A program made the position numbers and the translations under genes. A stretch of 55,024 nt of DNA from IMG/VR virus record IMGVR_UViG_3300032285_001218, positions 1 to 55,024 of that record; one strand, written 5' to 3'. Source of the stretch: a virus (Duplodnaviria > Caudoviricetes). The notes under the pieces were generated by a model. It was not told where the DNA came from and made no database searches. It was given only the letters and a program-made list of their open reading frames with translations. Of the stretch, positions 18,170 to 29,300 are shown piece by piece; the stretch's first letter is position 1, and every line of letters starts with the position of its first letter.

Positions 18170-19010
18170 CAGAACCTCCGTCTATATAACGACTTAAACT
18201 GGATTTATTCATAACATGAACATCAATGCCAGTTGTTTTTGCAGCAATGTATTCTCCAAGATAATCTTGTTTTTCTAGGAGGAATTTTAAAGTAGTATCA
18301 TCCATTGTAATAAGAACATCACGGTCAGTAGAATAGATCATTTTACCAGGTAATTCATCTGCAAATGTTCCATTAGTTTTTCCATTCATAATATGAATAG
18401 CAATGCTAAAAGCAAAATCATTTCTAAATGTAGGAGATTCAATACTATATAGAGTTCTAAAATAATTCCAATTTAATTTTATATATTCTATTAGATCAAA
18501 GAATGTTTTCATTACTGGATTCTTTTCAAATATAAAAGTAGTAGCCCAGTAAAACGGAATAGAATACGGATTAATTCTAATGTACTCTTTGTTTGTACGC
18601 CAATTTGAAATGTCTAAACTGTCTTTATATATTTGTAAATTTGCATCATGTGTTAATGCACCAGAAAGTACAGATGAGTTAATAATGTAATCACTGTCAA
18701 TTACCAAAGTTCTATCATAAGGTGTTAAGTCATATACTTGACTCCTTGACATGTTTTTCCAATCAAGAATTTTAGAAGACAAAGACCCGTCATTAAATCT
18801 ACGTGTATGAAATGCCACACTATTAGGTATTTCAACTATTTGATCAAATACATGATTGGGTTGACTTTCTAATAGCCAACTTTTACTATCTGTGATTAAG
18901 GTTACTGGGATTTTTAAAAACTTATCTATTCGTGTGGCAGCAAAGGCTGCCATTTTTACATAATCTATTGCAGAATTATTTTGGGCAAATATCACTGCTC
19001 CACATTTCAT
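18162..19010 (-). CDS. GT-A glycosyltransferase (paralog of 17324-18169)
   Basis: VTLITD, TPYDRTLVIDSDY (DxD), RNDFAFSIA, HVMNK. Confidence 0.7.
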   Translation of the reverse strand: MKCGAVIFAQNNSAIDYVKMAAFAATRIDKFLKIPVTLITDSKSWLLESQPNHVFDQIVEIPNSVAFHTRRFNDGSLSSKILDWKNMSRSQVYDLTPYDRTLVIDSDYIINSSVLSGALTHDANLQIYKDSLDISNWRTNKEYIRINPYSIPFYWATTFIFEKNPVMKTFFDLIEYIKLNWNYFRTLYSIESPTFRNDFAFSIAIHIMNGKTNGTFADELPGKMIYSTDRDVLITMDDTTLKFLLEKQDYLGEYIAAKTTGIDVHVMNKSSLSRYIDGGSGV

Positions 19011-19357
19011 AATTCAATCAAACCCTGTACTTTACGTTGTTTTTTGATTTCAGAGAATTTGTTTGAATACGAATTCAATGCAAGAAAATATTGTTCAGTA
19101 ACAGTATCAAAAAACGTTTGTACGTCTTGTATTTGCACAGGGCAATTATTTGAATCAACAAATACTACATCTGTAGTATGTCCAAGCTCTAATACAGTCT
19201 TGATATAAGTAATCAAATTGCTGTCAATTTTAAATACAGCACCGTTAACATAATATATTAACTGTTGATTAAATTCTTCTAATATGATTCTTCTTTGGTT
19301 TGATAACGTAGCCATATAATTGGCTGTTTCAAACGCTTTTTCAATTCTTTCGTCCAT
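19007..19357 (-). CDS. hypothetical protein
   Basis: GGAG upstream favours ATG at 19357. Confidence 0.6.
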   Translation of the reverse strand: MDERIEKAFETANYMATLSNQRRIILEEFNQQLIYYVNGAVFKIDSNLITYIKTVLELGHTTDVVFVDSNNCPVQIQDVQTFFDTVTEQYFLALNSYSNKFSEIKKQRKVQGLIEL

Positions 19358-19376
19358 AGATAACTCCACAAGTAGT

Positions 19377-19405
19377 ATAATACACTACTTTAATTATCTA
19401 GTCAA
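19377..19405 (-). promoter_or_regulatory. sigma70-like promoter ahead of GT cluster
   Basis: Minus strand TTGACT-17 nt-TATTAT. Confidence 0.5.
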
Positions 19406-19416
19406 CGAATTTAGAG

Positions 19417-20310
19417 TTATAAAGCTGAAACAACAGCAGTTGGAGGAGTCACTGATACATTTGAACCAGTAGCATAATATAGTTGAGGAATGCTAGTTAA
19501 TGTACCGTTTGCTGGTTCATATGCATATCCGCCTGCGCCAGCGGCTGTATAAGAAAAAGTTGGAGTAAAAATTACCTGGGTAGAACCTGCATTTCTTCTA
19601 GCATATAAATCATATTGATTTGGAGAGTATTGATTGTCAGCGGCATCGACTAATTTTGTAAAAATTAATTGATTTGTAGTAGTTAAATTATACCATCCAA
19701 TATTCTGTGGAGTTCCAGTACCTGTGTTTGTGGTAGTATTGGCACTCATTGTTATAATACCCATATTAGATAATAATGTGTACCAAGATCGATTGACAAG
19801 ATAGCTAGTATCATTGGTATAATTTGTAAAACTAGCACTGAATTTAAAATTTCCGCCACTATTAAAATAAAAACGAGCAGCATCGGCTGATGCAAACGTA
19901 ACAGTAACAGTATGACTAATTGTAGAAGCCCATGGACTAGTTCTAGTGGCTGGAGTAAAGTTTGCTAATGACCCTTGCGTAGCCGGCGGAATAGTCAGTC
20001 GATTACTAGTGGTAATATCGGCAAAAGTATTATAGGCAGCACGATCAACTTCTTTAATTGTTGTGCTAGTAGTAGGCAATACTAGTAATCCACTTTCATC
20101 ATTTCCTGTTTGGTGTTGTCTTGCTTTAAGCAAATCATTTCTTAAATTATTCCACTGTGTAACTGTAATTTTATTGTTTCTAATAACTTGAGAACTAGTA
20201 ACTGTTTGGCCGTAACCATAGTCGGCAGACCCCGTTCCTAAAATATTACTTATTTTTGATTGTATAGCATTATAATCTGTTGCTATAATCGATGTGCCAA
20301 AGCCTGCCAT
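19417..20310 (-). CDS. putative virion structural protein
   Basis: T/S/G/N-rich, downstream of fibre genes. Confidence 0.6.
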   Translation of the reverse strand: MAGFGTSIIATDYNAIQSKISNILGTGSADYGYGQTVTSSQVIRNNKITVTQWNNLRNDLLKARQHQTGNDESGLLVLPTTSTTIKEVDRAAYNTFADITTSNRLTIPPATQGSLANFTPATRTSPWASTISHTVTVTFASADAARFYFNSGGNFKFSASFTNYTNDTSYLVNRSWYTLLSNMGIITMSANTTTNTGTGTPQNIGWYNLTTTNQLIFTKLVDAADNQYSPNQYDLYARRNAGSTQVIFTPTFSYTAAGAGGYAYEPANGTLTSIPQLYYATGSNVSVTPPTAVVSAL

Positions 20311-20324
20311 GTGTTATCCTTGAT

Positions 20325-21827
20325 TTATAAAATTAAGCATTCTACAAGTTTAACACCTGCTTCGCTATTTGATTCTAATGCAACAGCAAATACGTCTGAA
20401 ATGTTATTACCCATTGCGGCTTGTGCTGTACCGTTAAGTCCGGCTACCATACGTTGGCCTTTAATAACAGATCCGGTTACTTTAACTGGAACTCGCCCTT
20501 TTAAAGCTATGTAAACTCCGCCTTCTAGTTCACTGTTCATCATATATGCTGGTTTTTCAGATATTGGGCCAATTGCTCGAAATCCTACTTGGCAAGCAGT
20601 AACTTCTTTTTCGCCGCCTACCATTACAACAGTTCCTACCTCATATTCTCCATCAGCAAGATATTTTTCAGCCAAGTCAGCATAGTTAGCACTAGTTGCA
20701 ACGCCTTGGAATACTACTGCATTTATATAGCCGTTGCTGTCTCGAGCTGCAATGGTATTAATACTAGAATCAGTACTAGCAGAACGATAATTTCCGTTAA
20801 CACTTAATAAATCAGCTTTGTCAGCGGTTCCTTTGAATTTATCAGCATAAACTCTAGAAAATTGGAAATCTGAAGATCCAATATTGGATGATAATGTTAC
20901 ACTTGGTAACATATCCAATATTGTTGTAGCCGTTCGTCCGCTAAATTTAATATTAGTAGTAGTAGGAGTTCCAGAAATAGTCGTTTCAAAAACAATGTCT
21001 TTACCTTGTTGATTTTGAATAGTTGGAGTATTTTCAGCTCTATTCCAAATACGAAGTTGCGCTACTGATCCGGTGCCCACAATAAATCCTGCATGTGAAA
21101 AATTAACAGGATTAGTAAAAGTTGCATTATCTGTTTGAATAAAAGAGCTAGCTGATAATCCGCCAAGTCTTTCGCTATTTGTAGCTGTTCCCCAGAATCT
21201 ATGACCAGTTTGTGTTTGTCCTAAATTGCTTACTCCGTCATCGTTAGTATAACACAGTGTTACACCCTGATGTATAGTTTGAAATCCATCAATTGGATTT
21301 ACAGCATTTAGGGTAAAGTTTTCAGTACTGATTGTAAATATTGTGACATCATCATCAATGGCTTGAATAACTGCATGCGGATTTCCGCTTGTGTCTAGTA
21401 GACTAACTGATCGCATTTGTGTTACTGTTTGAGATCCGGCAACACCTTGCGGCCCAATAAGAGTATATGCTAAACCATCCCATGCATATAGCTGTTTATT
21501 AGATGTGTCAAACCAGAAATCTCCAACAGTTAGACCAGTTGGAGCAACAGAGCTAATTTCAGCGCCGCCTGTTGTACGAAATTTAACGCCATCATAAAAT
21601 TTTAATTTACTAGAACTACTATCAAACCAGATTTGACCCGATATTGGGCGAGTTGGTGGGTTGTTCGATGCAAAATTTTCAAGTAAATATACAAAATTTT
21701 CATTTTGTACAGCACCGTAACCTGCATAATTTTTACCAATTAGTTTTAGATCAAGGGTCGCATCAATAGTTCCGTCTGCAACCACCGCAACTTGTGCTCC
21801 ATTTGTTCTAGTTATAGTATATGACAT
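20325..21827 (-). CDS. tail fibre-like protein with C-terminal intramolecular chaperone/autocleavage-like domain
   Basis: Shared N-terminal LIGKNYAGYG...LLENFA domain; C-terminal YADLAEKY...IALKGRVPVKV. Confidence 0.65.
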   Translation of the reverse strand: MSYTITRTNGAQVAVVADGTIDATLDLKLIGKNYAGYGAVQNENFVYLLENFASNNPPTRPISGQIWFDSSSSKLKFYDGVKFRTTGGAEISSVAPTGLTVGDFWFDTSNKQLYAWDGLAYTLIGPQGVAGSQTVTQMRSVSLLDTSGNPHAVIQAIDDDVTIFTISTENFTLNAVNPIDGFQTIHQGVTLCYTNDDGVSNLGQTQTGHRFWGTATNSERLGGLSASSFIQTDNATFTNPVNFSHAGFIVGTGSVAQLRIWNRAENTPTIQNQQGKDIVFETTISGTPTTTNIKFSGRTATTILDMLPSVTLSSNIGSSDFQFSRVYADKFKGTADKADLLSVNGNYRSASTDSSINTIAARDSNGYINAVVFQGVATSANYADLAEKYLADGEYEVGTVVMVGGEKEVTACQVGFRAIGPISEKPAYMMNSELEGGVYIALKGRVPVKVTGSVIKGQRMVAGLNGTAQAAMGNNISDVFAVALESNSEAGVKLVECLIL

Positions 21828-21850
21828 CTCACTTGTTCCTTATTCTACAG

Positions 21851-21858
21851 TATTTATT
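21851..21858 (-). promoter_or_regulatory. late promoter-like AATAAATA
   Basis: Intergenic, upstream of AGGA RBS; similar to T4 TATAAATA. Confidence 0.55.
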
Positions 21859-21865
21859 CTATTTG

Positions 21866-23536
21866 TTAAGGCAAATTAGTTTGCCACTGCCATACTCCAG
21901 CTAGCAACTGGAACTGCCTTATTTGAGTAGGGCCGCCCACTTCAGTGACAACAATATTAGCTTTTGTATTAAATTCATGGTCTGCCGAGTCAAATACTAT
22001 AGACAAATAATTTGTAGCTATTTGGTCATTTCTATAACCTAGCGGTACAGTTAAAGACAACGCTAACGGTGCAGATCTAACTTTAACATCTACGTATGTT
22101 TTATTTGTAGCATCTGTGTCAAGAATTGGATTATCCAACGACGATATACGATGTCCGCTTACATCTACAGTACCCGTTCCTTTAGGTGTTATCATAACAT
22201 CACCGTTGGCTTGGCTTATATTGTTGTAATAAAGAATATTATCTTCTATCTTTAAGTTACCTGCTTGTACAGTAGTTAAATTACCCACGCTTGTTAGTCC
22301 TGGAGCACTTGTAATGTATACTCCTAGACTGCTACCTGTTAGTGCATCAAATCCGTCAATTTTAAATGATTTGCCCGCAGCCAAATTGATATTTTCTGAG
22401 CTTGTCCAGCTACCAGTTGCAGATAACCATGATATTGTCTTATCGCCATCTGTACCAGCTGCCAATGTAATGCCGCCAGCTTCAGCTGTGGTATTAGTAG
22501 GCAGGGCTGTTTTACCCAATACTATCATTTTATCTGTTATTTCTAGATTTGTAGTATTAATTGTAGTTGTTGCGCCTTCAACAATTAAATTTCCTCGTAT
22601 CCTGGTATCACCGTTAACGTCAAGTGTCGCAGTTGGTAAGTTGGTATATATTCCAGTTTGTTTAGTTGTAGAATTGATAAAAAATGCAGTATCGAGACCT
22701 GTTCCGCTGAGCAAATTAATACCATAATTTTGATTGGAAGTATTTGATTTAATTTGAAAAATTGAAGTAGTGGCATTAAATTCAGTATTTGATCCTTCGC
22801 CTAATACTAAAGGAATTGGATTTTGAATGGTAATAGTGCCAGTTGTAGCAGAACTATCAGTTGTTGAAAGAAAGTTTGCGGCAGTTTTTCGAGTAATTCC
22901 ATCAGCAGATAACAAATAATCTGCCTGTGTAACTGGACTATGAAGTTTAATATTAGAATATGTACCTGCATTAAATCCAGTATATACATCGCCAGAATAT
23001 CCTGCAATTGAACTTGCAGGGGTAAACGTATCTTTACTCCAAATACCAATAGGTGTTCCAGCTATGCTAATTCGCAGAACAGTATGACTAACGCCCACCG
23101 AGTCAACTATATCTTCTGTATAAAAACCAGTAGTACCTTGTGCAGCCGTCCAGAGAGGGCCCGCAAGTTTTGTCGATGTACCGTCGTTAAAATAAAGTTG
23201 TTGACGTGTACTATCAATCCATATATCGCCAGCTGAAATACTGCTAGGTACAGATGGAGAAACAATTGTACCCCCACTAACTTTAAAAACAGTTCCATCG
23301 TAGACTTTTAATCTATTTTCACTAGTATCAAACCATAATTGGCCAGTAATTGGATGGTTAGGTTGAGCAGTGTTAGCAAAATTTTCTAACAACCAAACAA
23401 AATTATCATTTATATACGTGCCGTACCCGCTAGCATTTTTTCCAATTAAAGTAATATCTGTTACAGTTTGGTCAATGTCTCCGTCCACTAATTGCGTTAG
23501 TGTAGTTCCATCTGTTTTAATTATAGTATAACTCAT
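21866..23536 (-). CDS. tail fibre-like protein
   Basis: Same N-terminal domain; ATLDVNG and DATNKTYVD fibre motifs. Confidence 0.65.
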   Translation of the reverse strand: MSYTIIKTDGTTLTQLVDGDIDQTVTDITLIGKNASGYGTYINDNFVWLLENFANTAQPNHPITGQLWFDTSENRLKVYDGTVFKVSGGTIVSPSVPSSISAGDIWIDSTRQQLYFNDGTSTKLAGPLWTAAQGTTGFYTEDIVDSVGVSHTVLRISIAGTPIGIWSKDTFTPASSIAGYSGDVYTGFNAGTYSNIKLHSPVTQADYLLSADGITRKTAANFLSTTDSSATTGTITIQNPIPLVLGEGSNTEFNATTSIFQIKSNTSNQNYGINLLSGTGLDTAFFINSTTKQTGIYTNLPTATLDVNGDTRIRGNLIVEGATTTINTTNLEITDKMIVLGKTALPTNTTAEAGGITLAAGTDGDKTISWLSATGSWTSSENINLAAGKSFKIDGFDALTGSSLGVYITSAPGLTSVGNLTTVQAGNLKIEDNILYYNNISQANGDVMITPKGTGTVDVSGHRISSLDNPILDTDATNKTYVDVKVRSAPLALSLTVPLGYRNDQIATNYLSIVFDSADHEFNTKANIVVTEVGGPTQIRQFQLLAGVWQWQTNLP

Positions 23537-25668
23537 TATAAGACACCAGTAAAGATTATATAATTTATAGTTGTGTACGGGTTCATGACATTAACCGCAG
23601 TTCCTAGTTGTCCAGCAATAACACTTCCACTATTAGGTAAACCAGATCCAGTACTTGCATTTGGAAGACCTAAACCTGGGACTGCACTTGTATCGCTTAC
23701 TCCGCCTGGCAAACCTGCAGCATAATATTGTGCATTTGCACTGCTTAAATTATGCTTGTGATCTGGTAAGTTTGATATGGTTAGTGAAACTGCTTGTTTA
23801 CCTGATCCTGTTCCTAGTAAGTCGGCAGTGACATCAGTAACTCGATTAGCGGCCGCTTCTGGTTGGCCGCTAATTTGTATTCCAGTATCTCCTTTACTTG
23901 GTACAACACCACCATTGTTCATATTATCGCGACCTAGTGGGAATCTTCCTCTAAAATCTGGTAATGCAAATGTTGCGTAACCCTGTAAAGATATAGCTGC
24001 TTTGTAAGTATATCCAATTACACTGTACAACACAGGATAATCAGCAGTTTTCACTTCGCTTCCGTCACACAATAAGTATCCAGTCGGAACTACATTACCT
24101 GCAAATGGAAATATTGCACCAACTGGTACAGTTGCCACATGTTTGAGGAATACATCTTTTGTCATTCTAGACAAATTAGAATTACCTACTCGATATATTA
24201 GCATTTGATCAGTAGCTAGTGAATCTGGTGTGGAGTCTTTATTACTAATAAAGTTTTGACTCAACGTAGTATTAAAAATTGCAGTACCGTAAGTAGTTTG
24301 TCCAGTAAAGCTAACAGGATCACTGGTAACATCCCCTGCAAGACTAAACACCGTTGGGCTGGCTAAACGTGCAGCTGATCCGCTAATGCTACCTTCTAAA
24401 GTTCCTGTAAATGTTCCTGTAAAATTTCCAACAAATGACTGTGCGTAAATATTTCTAAATGATTTGGCAGCAGATCCAATATCATAAATGTTAGTAGTAT
24501 TTGGTAATAATGCTGACCCTGTTTTTGGAAGATTTGTAGTACTATCTAGCCAATTTAAATATAATTGGCCGTTTACAGTAACATCGTCACCTAATGTAGT
24601 TTTTTTACCGACTGCAAGTCCGCCTGCTGTAATAATACTGCCAGTAGTCGACGATTCTGAATCGTCTTCTGATGTAACATTTAATCCGCCGCTACTAGTA
24701 ATAAGACCAGAAACGTCCAGCGTTGATGCAGGAGAAGTATTGTTTGTACCAATTCCTACTCTTGAATTTGCACCAAGGTGCAATACTGTAACAGGAATAT
24801 TATTATCGTTTAATCTAAAACTAACGCTATTCCCACTAGCTTTAGAATATAATACAGTACTGGTACCGTCTGATCCTGTTCCAATATTAAAATTTAAATT
24901 ACTACCAACAGTGATGCCGCCATCTGCACGTATACTTATTGGATAGTTAGTAACACTTGATATATCTGTTCTTAAAAAATTTGCAGCCGGTACTATAGTA
25001 GTTCCTACCAATAAAGCATCTGCTTTTTCTGCTGTTCCCCAGATTCTAGATAACGAATCAGTATTTGTTGAATCCGTTGAACTGAGGTTAAATCCTTGAT
25101 TAATTATTGCAAAGCCTGTAACTGTTGATTTTGGCGTAAATGTTTCTTTACTAATGATTGCCAACTGATAATCATTTGCATATAAACTAATAACACTGTG
25201 CGACACATTATTTGTGTCAACAATAGTATTAACAACTGGGCCTGTTAATTTGCCGGAACTGAATTGGGGGCCTACTAATAACCAGTTACTTCCAGAAAAG
25301 ACATATAACTGTGCGGTTGTAGTATCAACCCATAAATCACCAGCATTACTATTGGCAGCTGCTGGCACGGTACCAGCTTTTTTAATTGAACCCGCTGCTG
25401 TCCATATAGTTCCATCAAACACTTTTAATAAACTTACTCCGGTACTGTTATCATACCATAATTGGCCTTCTACAGGATTACTTGGCGCAGTGCTATTTGC
25501 AAAATTTTCTAATAAATGTAAAAAACTTTTTGCAATTTCAGGCGCATATCCAGCATAGTTTTTACCTACAAATGTTAAACTTGTTTGGGTATTAAGTGCC
25601 TGATCTTCAACTGTAATGCTTGGTTTGGCAGGATTAGTTGCATCAGTAAAGGTAACTTGATAAGTCAT
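23536..25668 (-). CDS. tail fibre protein with tail collar domain
   Basis: Same N-terminal domain; PVGAIFPFAG...GYLLCDGS...FALPDFRGRFPLG collar motif. Confidence 0.8.
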   Translation of the reverse strand: MTYQVTFTDATNPAKPSITVEDQALNTQTSLTFVGKNYAGYAPEIAKSFLHLLENFANSTAPSNPVEGQLWYDNSTGVSLLKVFDGTIWTAAGSIKKAGTVPAAANSNAGDLWVDTTTAQLYVFSGSNWLLVGPQFSSGKLTGPVVNTIVDTNNVSHSVISLYANDYQLAIISKETFTPKSTVTGFAIINQGFNLSSTDSTNTDSLSRIWGTAEKADALLVGTTIVPAANFLRTDISSVTNYPISIRADGGITVGSNLNFNIGTGSDGTSTVLYSKASGNSVSFRLNDNNIPVTVLHLGANSRVGIGTNNTSPASTLDVSGLITSSGGLNVTSEDDSESSTTGSIITAGGLAVGKKTTLGDDVTVNGQLYLNWLDSTTNLPKTGSALLPNTTNIYDIGSAAKSFRNIYAQSFVGNFTGTFTGTLEGSISGSAARLASPTVFSLAGDVTSDPVSFTGQTTYGTAIFNTTLSQNFISNKDSTPDSLATDQMLIYRVGNSNLSRMTKDVFLKHVATVPVGAIFPFAGNVVPTGYLLCDGSEVKTADYPVLYSVIGYTYKAAISLQGYATFALPDFRGRFPLGRDNMNNGGVVPSKGDTGIQISGQPEAAANRVTDVTADLLGTGSGKQAVSLTISNLPDHKHNLSSANAQYYAAGLPGGVSDTSAVPGLGLPNASTGSGLPNSGSVIAGQLGTAVNVMNPYTTINYIIFTGVL

Positions 25669-25671
25669 TTA

Positions 25672-26286
25672 TTAAACTCCAACAAGGCCAGTTAAGCTCT
25701 GAATACGCACAGTATAGTCAATTTGAATAAGTCTGTTTAAACTTTTTTGCACTGGATGAAATACTACATGTGTTAATAACAAACTATTGCCAGTGCTACT
25801 AAAACTTTTTAATCCCAATTCATCAAACACAAATGTACCGTTAGTAGTAGTTGCATTATCAAACGCTAGTTGTCCTGAATTATTACCGTCGCCGTAATCT
25901 AACAAACAAGTAACAAATAAATCACTGTAATTAGTACCAGTTACATGCCTTACTTCAATATAATTTCTACTTGGGTCTAAATTATTGCTTGAATTTTGAT
26001 TAACTACTTTAGAATATGTTTGGTTGTATAAACTTGCATTCAAACCTGAACTATTAGGAGTCAAATACGTAATAATCCCTGTTGGATCTATTGCTGTGCC
26101 GCCATTTCCAAAAGCCATTTCATAAACAAACCCATTGCCGCTGTCAGCAAGACTGTTAGCTAGGGCAACACTAATGTTTTCATAATGAATAGCATTACGT
26201 TTATTAATAAAGATTTCCCCAGATTCTGGGTTATAAATTTTAATATGCCCTTCTATGTGGATTCCAGTTGTTTCTTGACTCTGCAT
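25672..26286 (-). CDS. putative baseplate / fibre attachment protein
   Basis: Between giant baseplate gene and fibres; FGNGG, FDELGL. Confidence 0.55.
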   Translation of the reverse strand: MQSQETTGIHIEGHIKIYNPESGEIFINKRNAIHYENISVALANSLADSGNGFVYEMAFGNGGTAIDPTGIITYLTPNSSGLNASLYNQTYSKVVNQNSSNNLDPSRNYIEVRHVTGTNYSDLFVTCLLDYGDGNNSGQLAFDNATTTNGTFVFDELGLKSFSSTGNSLLLTHVVFHPVQKSLNRLIQIDYTVRIQSLTGLVGV

Positions 26287-26299
26287 GGTTATCTCTCTT

Positions 26300-26337
26300 T
26301 ATCGTGTATTTATTCGTTTATATAATGTGCTAGTTTA
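26300..26337 (-). promoter_or_regulatory. bipartite late promoter-like element
   Basis: TAAACTAGCACATTAT-7 nt-AATAAATACACGATA. Confidence 0.6.
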
Positions 26338-29300
26338 TTGCACAGTAGAAATAGTATTTTCAGCGTACCAGATGCCCGGAGTTGCTTTTAAAAACTCAGC
26401 AATTTTGCTATTATCATATTGAATATTAGTAATACTATCCCAATCTGTTCCATTTCTCTTAATAACAGTGATACGAGTTCCAAATAATAATTTATGTGTT
26501 AATCGGATAGCGGACGACACACCATCAACTGAAAAATCTGCATCTAATTTAATATCTCCAAGCGGACTATTTGGTGCTTGGTTTTCGTTATGCATACTGT
26601 ATGGGGCTTTCTTTAATCTGATATTCCCAATAAAGAATGTCCAGTTTGTAATATCATTTTTAAAATTGCTTGTACTAGTATGTTCAGTTATACATCTGTA
26701 TGTATAACTGCCCAACGTTACTATTATACCTGGAAGATACGTTACATTTGGTAACCAATCTACACTAGTGTCATAGCCTCCAACAAACACTTCAATTTCA
26801 TCACATTGTCCGTAGCCTACAGGAATTGTAGTATCGTATAATTTCCAATAAGTTGTATTTGTTGGCAATATTGTTATTGTAGTATCAAATACGTAAGATT
26901 TTATATTTACATAATATAAATTATTATAAATTACAACATCATTTGTGTTATAACTCAAAGAAATACTATAGTTTCCAGTTAATGTAAATCCAAAATCAGT
27001 AAACCACTGTTCAACACCAGCTGTGGCAGGGATAAAATTCAACGGAATAATAATACTTTCTCCGTCAGATATTACTTGCTCAACTATCGAAGAATCAACA
27101 TACGGAATAGATTCTGTTGTACCTATTTCTTGTACATATGTTCCAGCTTTGTGTACGAGAGGAACTCCTGTTCCTAAAGTACCTCGACGTATTTTACTTA
27201 ATACATTACCATTTATTTCATAAAACTCTATACGTTCTCCTCGAATTTCAATAATACCTGGTTTATTTTTAATAAAATTTGGTTTATCAAAATTTTCTGC
27301 ATTTTCAACTTCAATAAATTTATCATCAAATTTTAAATCTGTTGTTAATACAGTTTGTTTATTCAGGCTTAATCTTTTATAGTGTACTCGATTTAACATA
27401 TCTTTAAATTGCATATACGAAATACCAGTTGTTAGTATATTACTACCAAATGTTATTAATGTAATTTTATCATCAATAGGAGGGTTAACAGTAAGTTGTA
27501 TACTTGTACGACCTTCGTTTAATTTATAATCTACACTAGGAACAAGAATAGTTTCATTTTGTATAACCCATATGTAGCTATCATTAATAACAGAACGATC
27601 TAGTGCTAATGTTCCATTAGTAATGCCTTTATAAGAATAATACTCAATAGAATCAGGAGTTAGTGCAAGATTAGAAGATACAGTTAACATTGTTCTTTCA
27701 ATATCCAAAATATCATGTTTATAAGAACTGATAACTTCTATTACATCTAAATTAGAATATGATTCAGCAAATGTAATTTTATTTGTAATAGGATCATATG
27801 AATAACTTTGATCTGTAGTAACACTTACCACTAACGTTTGTTTTGCATATTGAGAATAAATTAATTTATTAATTTTAACAGTTATACCTCCGAGATCAAT
27901 TGTATAATCTGACCCAAGATTTAATTTTGTATCACCTACATAAACAAAAATATTACTAATTGCCGTTGAATATGGAATTACTTTAGTTGGGTCGACTGTA
28001 TAATTTAATCGATTATTTGAAATTGTAAAGTAACTGTTAATTGGGCCAGGAATAATAGTATTATTAACACGGACTAGCATATTTGACTCGTTAGGCAGTG
28101 CGTTGCCAATATTATACGCTAAAGAATATGTATAGGATCCGTTAGTAACTATTTTTTCAGTTTTTGTTACTGCAAAAGATTGTTGAGTACCAGCAACAAT
28201 AATGAAGCTCAATAATGCTCCAGCTTCTGGAGCAACACCAAATCTCATAGCTACACGATTAATACTATTGTAAGAACTATCAGTTTTAAATACATCAGGA
28301 GTAACTGGAATACCATCAATATAAATTAACGCATTTATAGAAGTTACCCAAGGTGCTCTGGTAATAAATTCTTGTGTCACACCGTCGCCTACAAAATAAT
28401 CAATATCTAATATGTTACTTCCGTTAAATCCAATAATATATACTGTTATTATTGTTTCAGCGGTAGGTGCAACATTAAAAATAATTTGTTTATTTCTATA
28501 GTCAACAGTATAATCAGTTCCGCTAGTTTGTAAATCTAAACCGGCACGTACAATTACCGCTTCAGCAGTATTTGGTTGAAGAGATAACTTAAACGATGTA
28601 GTTATACCATCTGCAATAAAATTGTCTACTTGTATGTTGGCTGCGCCAGCTGGAGGTTGGTCGTACACTTTGATAGCAACCGCGTCAACTACTTGTCCTG
28701 GTACTACTTCTTCAGGAGCTGGGCTAGTTGTTGGAGAAATTAAATCATCTCCGTCTAAAATAATATCATCTGGTAATATGCCGGTTGCGGAAGTAAAAAT
28801 GCCTGTACTATAATTGCCCAGGAATTCGCCGCCGCTTAATGCAGTATCATAATCAGTATCTTGCGACTTAATTGAACCGTCGCTTGTGCTTTTACGCAAA
28901 ATAATAATATCATTATCGTTAACTACATAATCAACTGGTATACTGACAGTTTGTGTAATATCACCAGTATAAACAGGAGTAGTTACTACTGCCGTAGAAT
29001 TTATTTGTTGTGGGGTTCCGTAATGCGGATCGTCTATCCTGATTGGATCAAAATTTCCAGTAATTTTTATTATACTGCCAACAACAGCTGGTTCTTTTAA
29101 TGTAATAATACCAGCTGTGTAAATATTAGCAGTAGTTGGTATTACTAAATTTCGGCTAAATTCCAATACTGTTCCAGGTAATAGTGTTTCATATATGATT
29201 TGATCAAGGACTACACCAATATTTGTGATTTCTTTTACAACTGTTCCGTATCCAAACGCAGCCACTGATGAAGTTCTAATAGTATCTCCAACAAATATCC

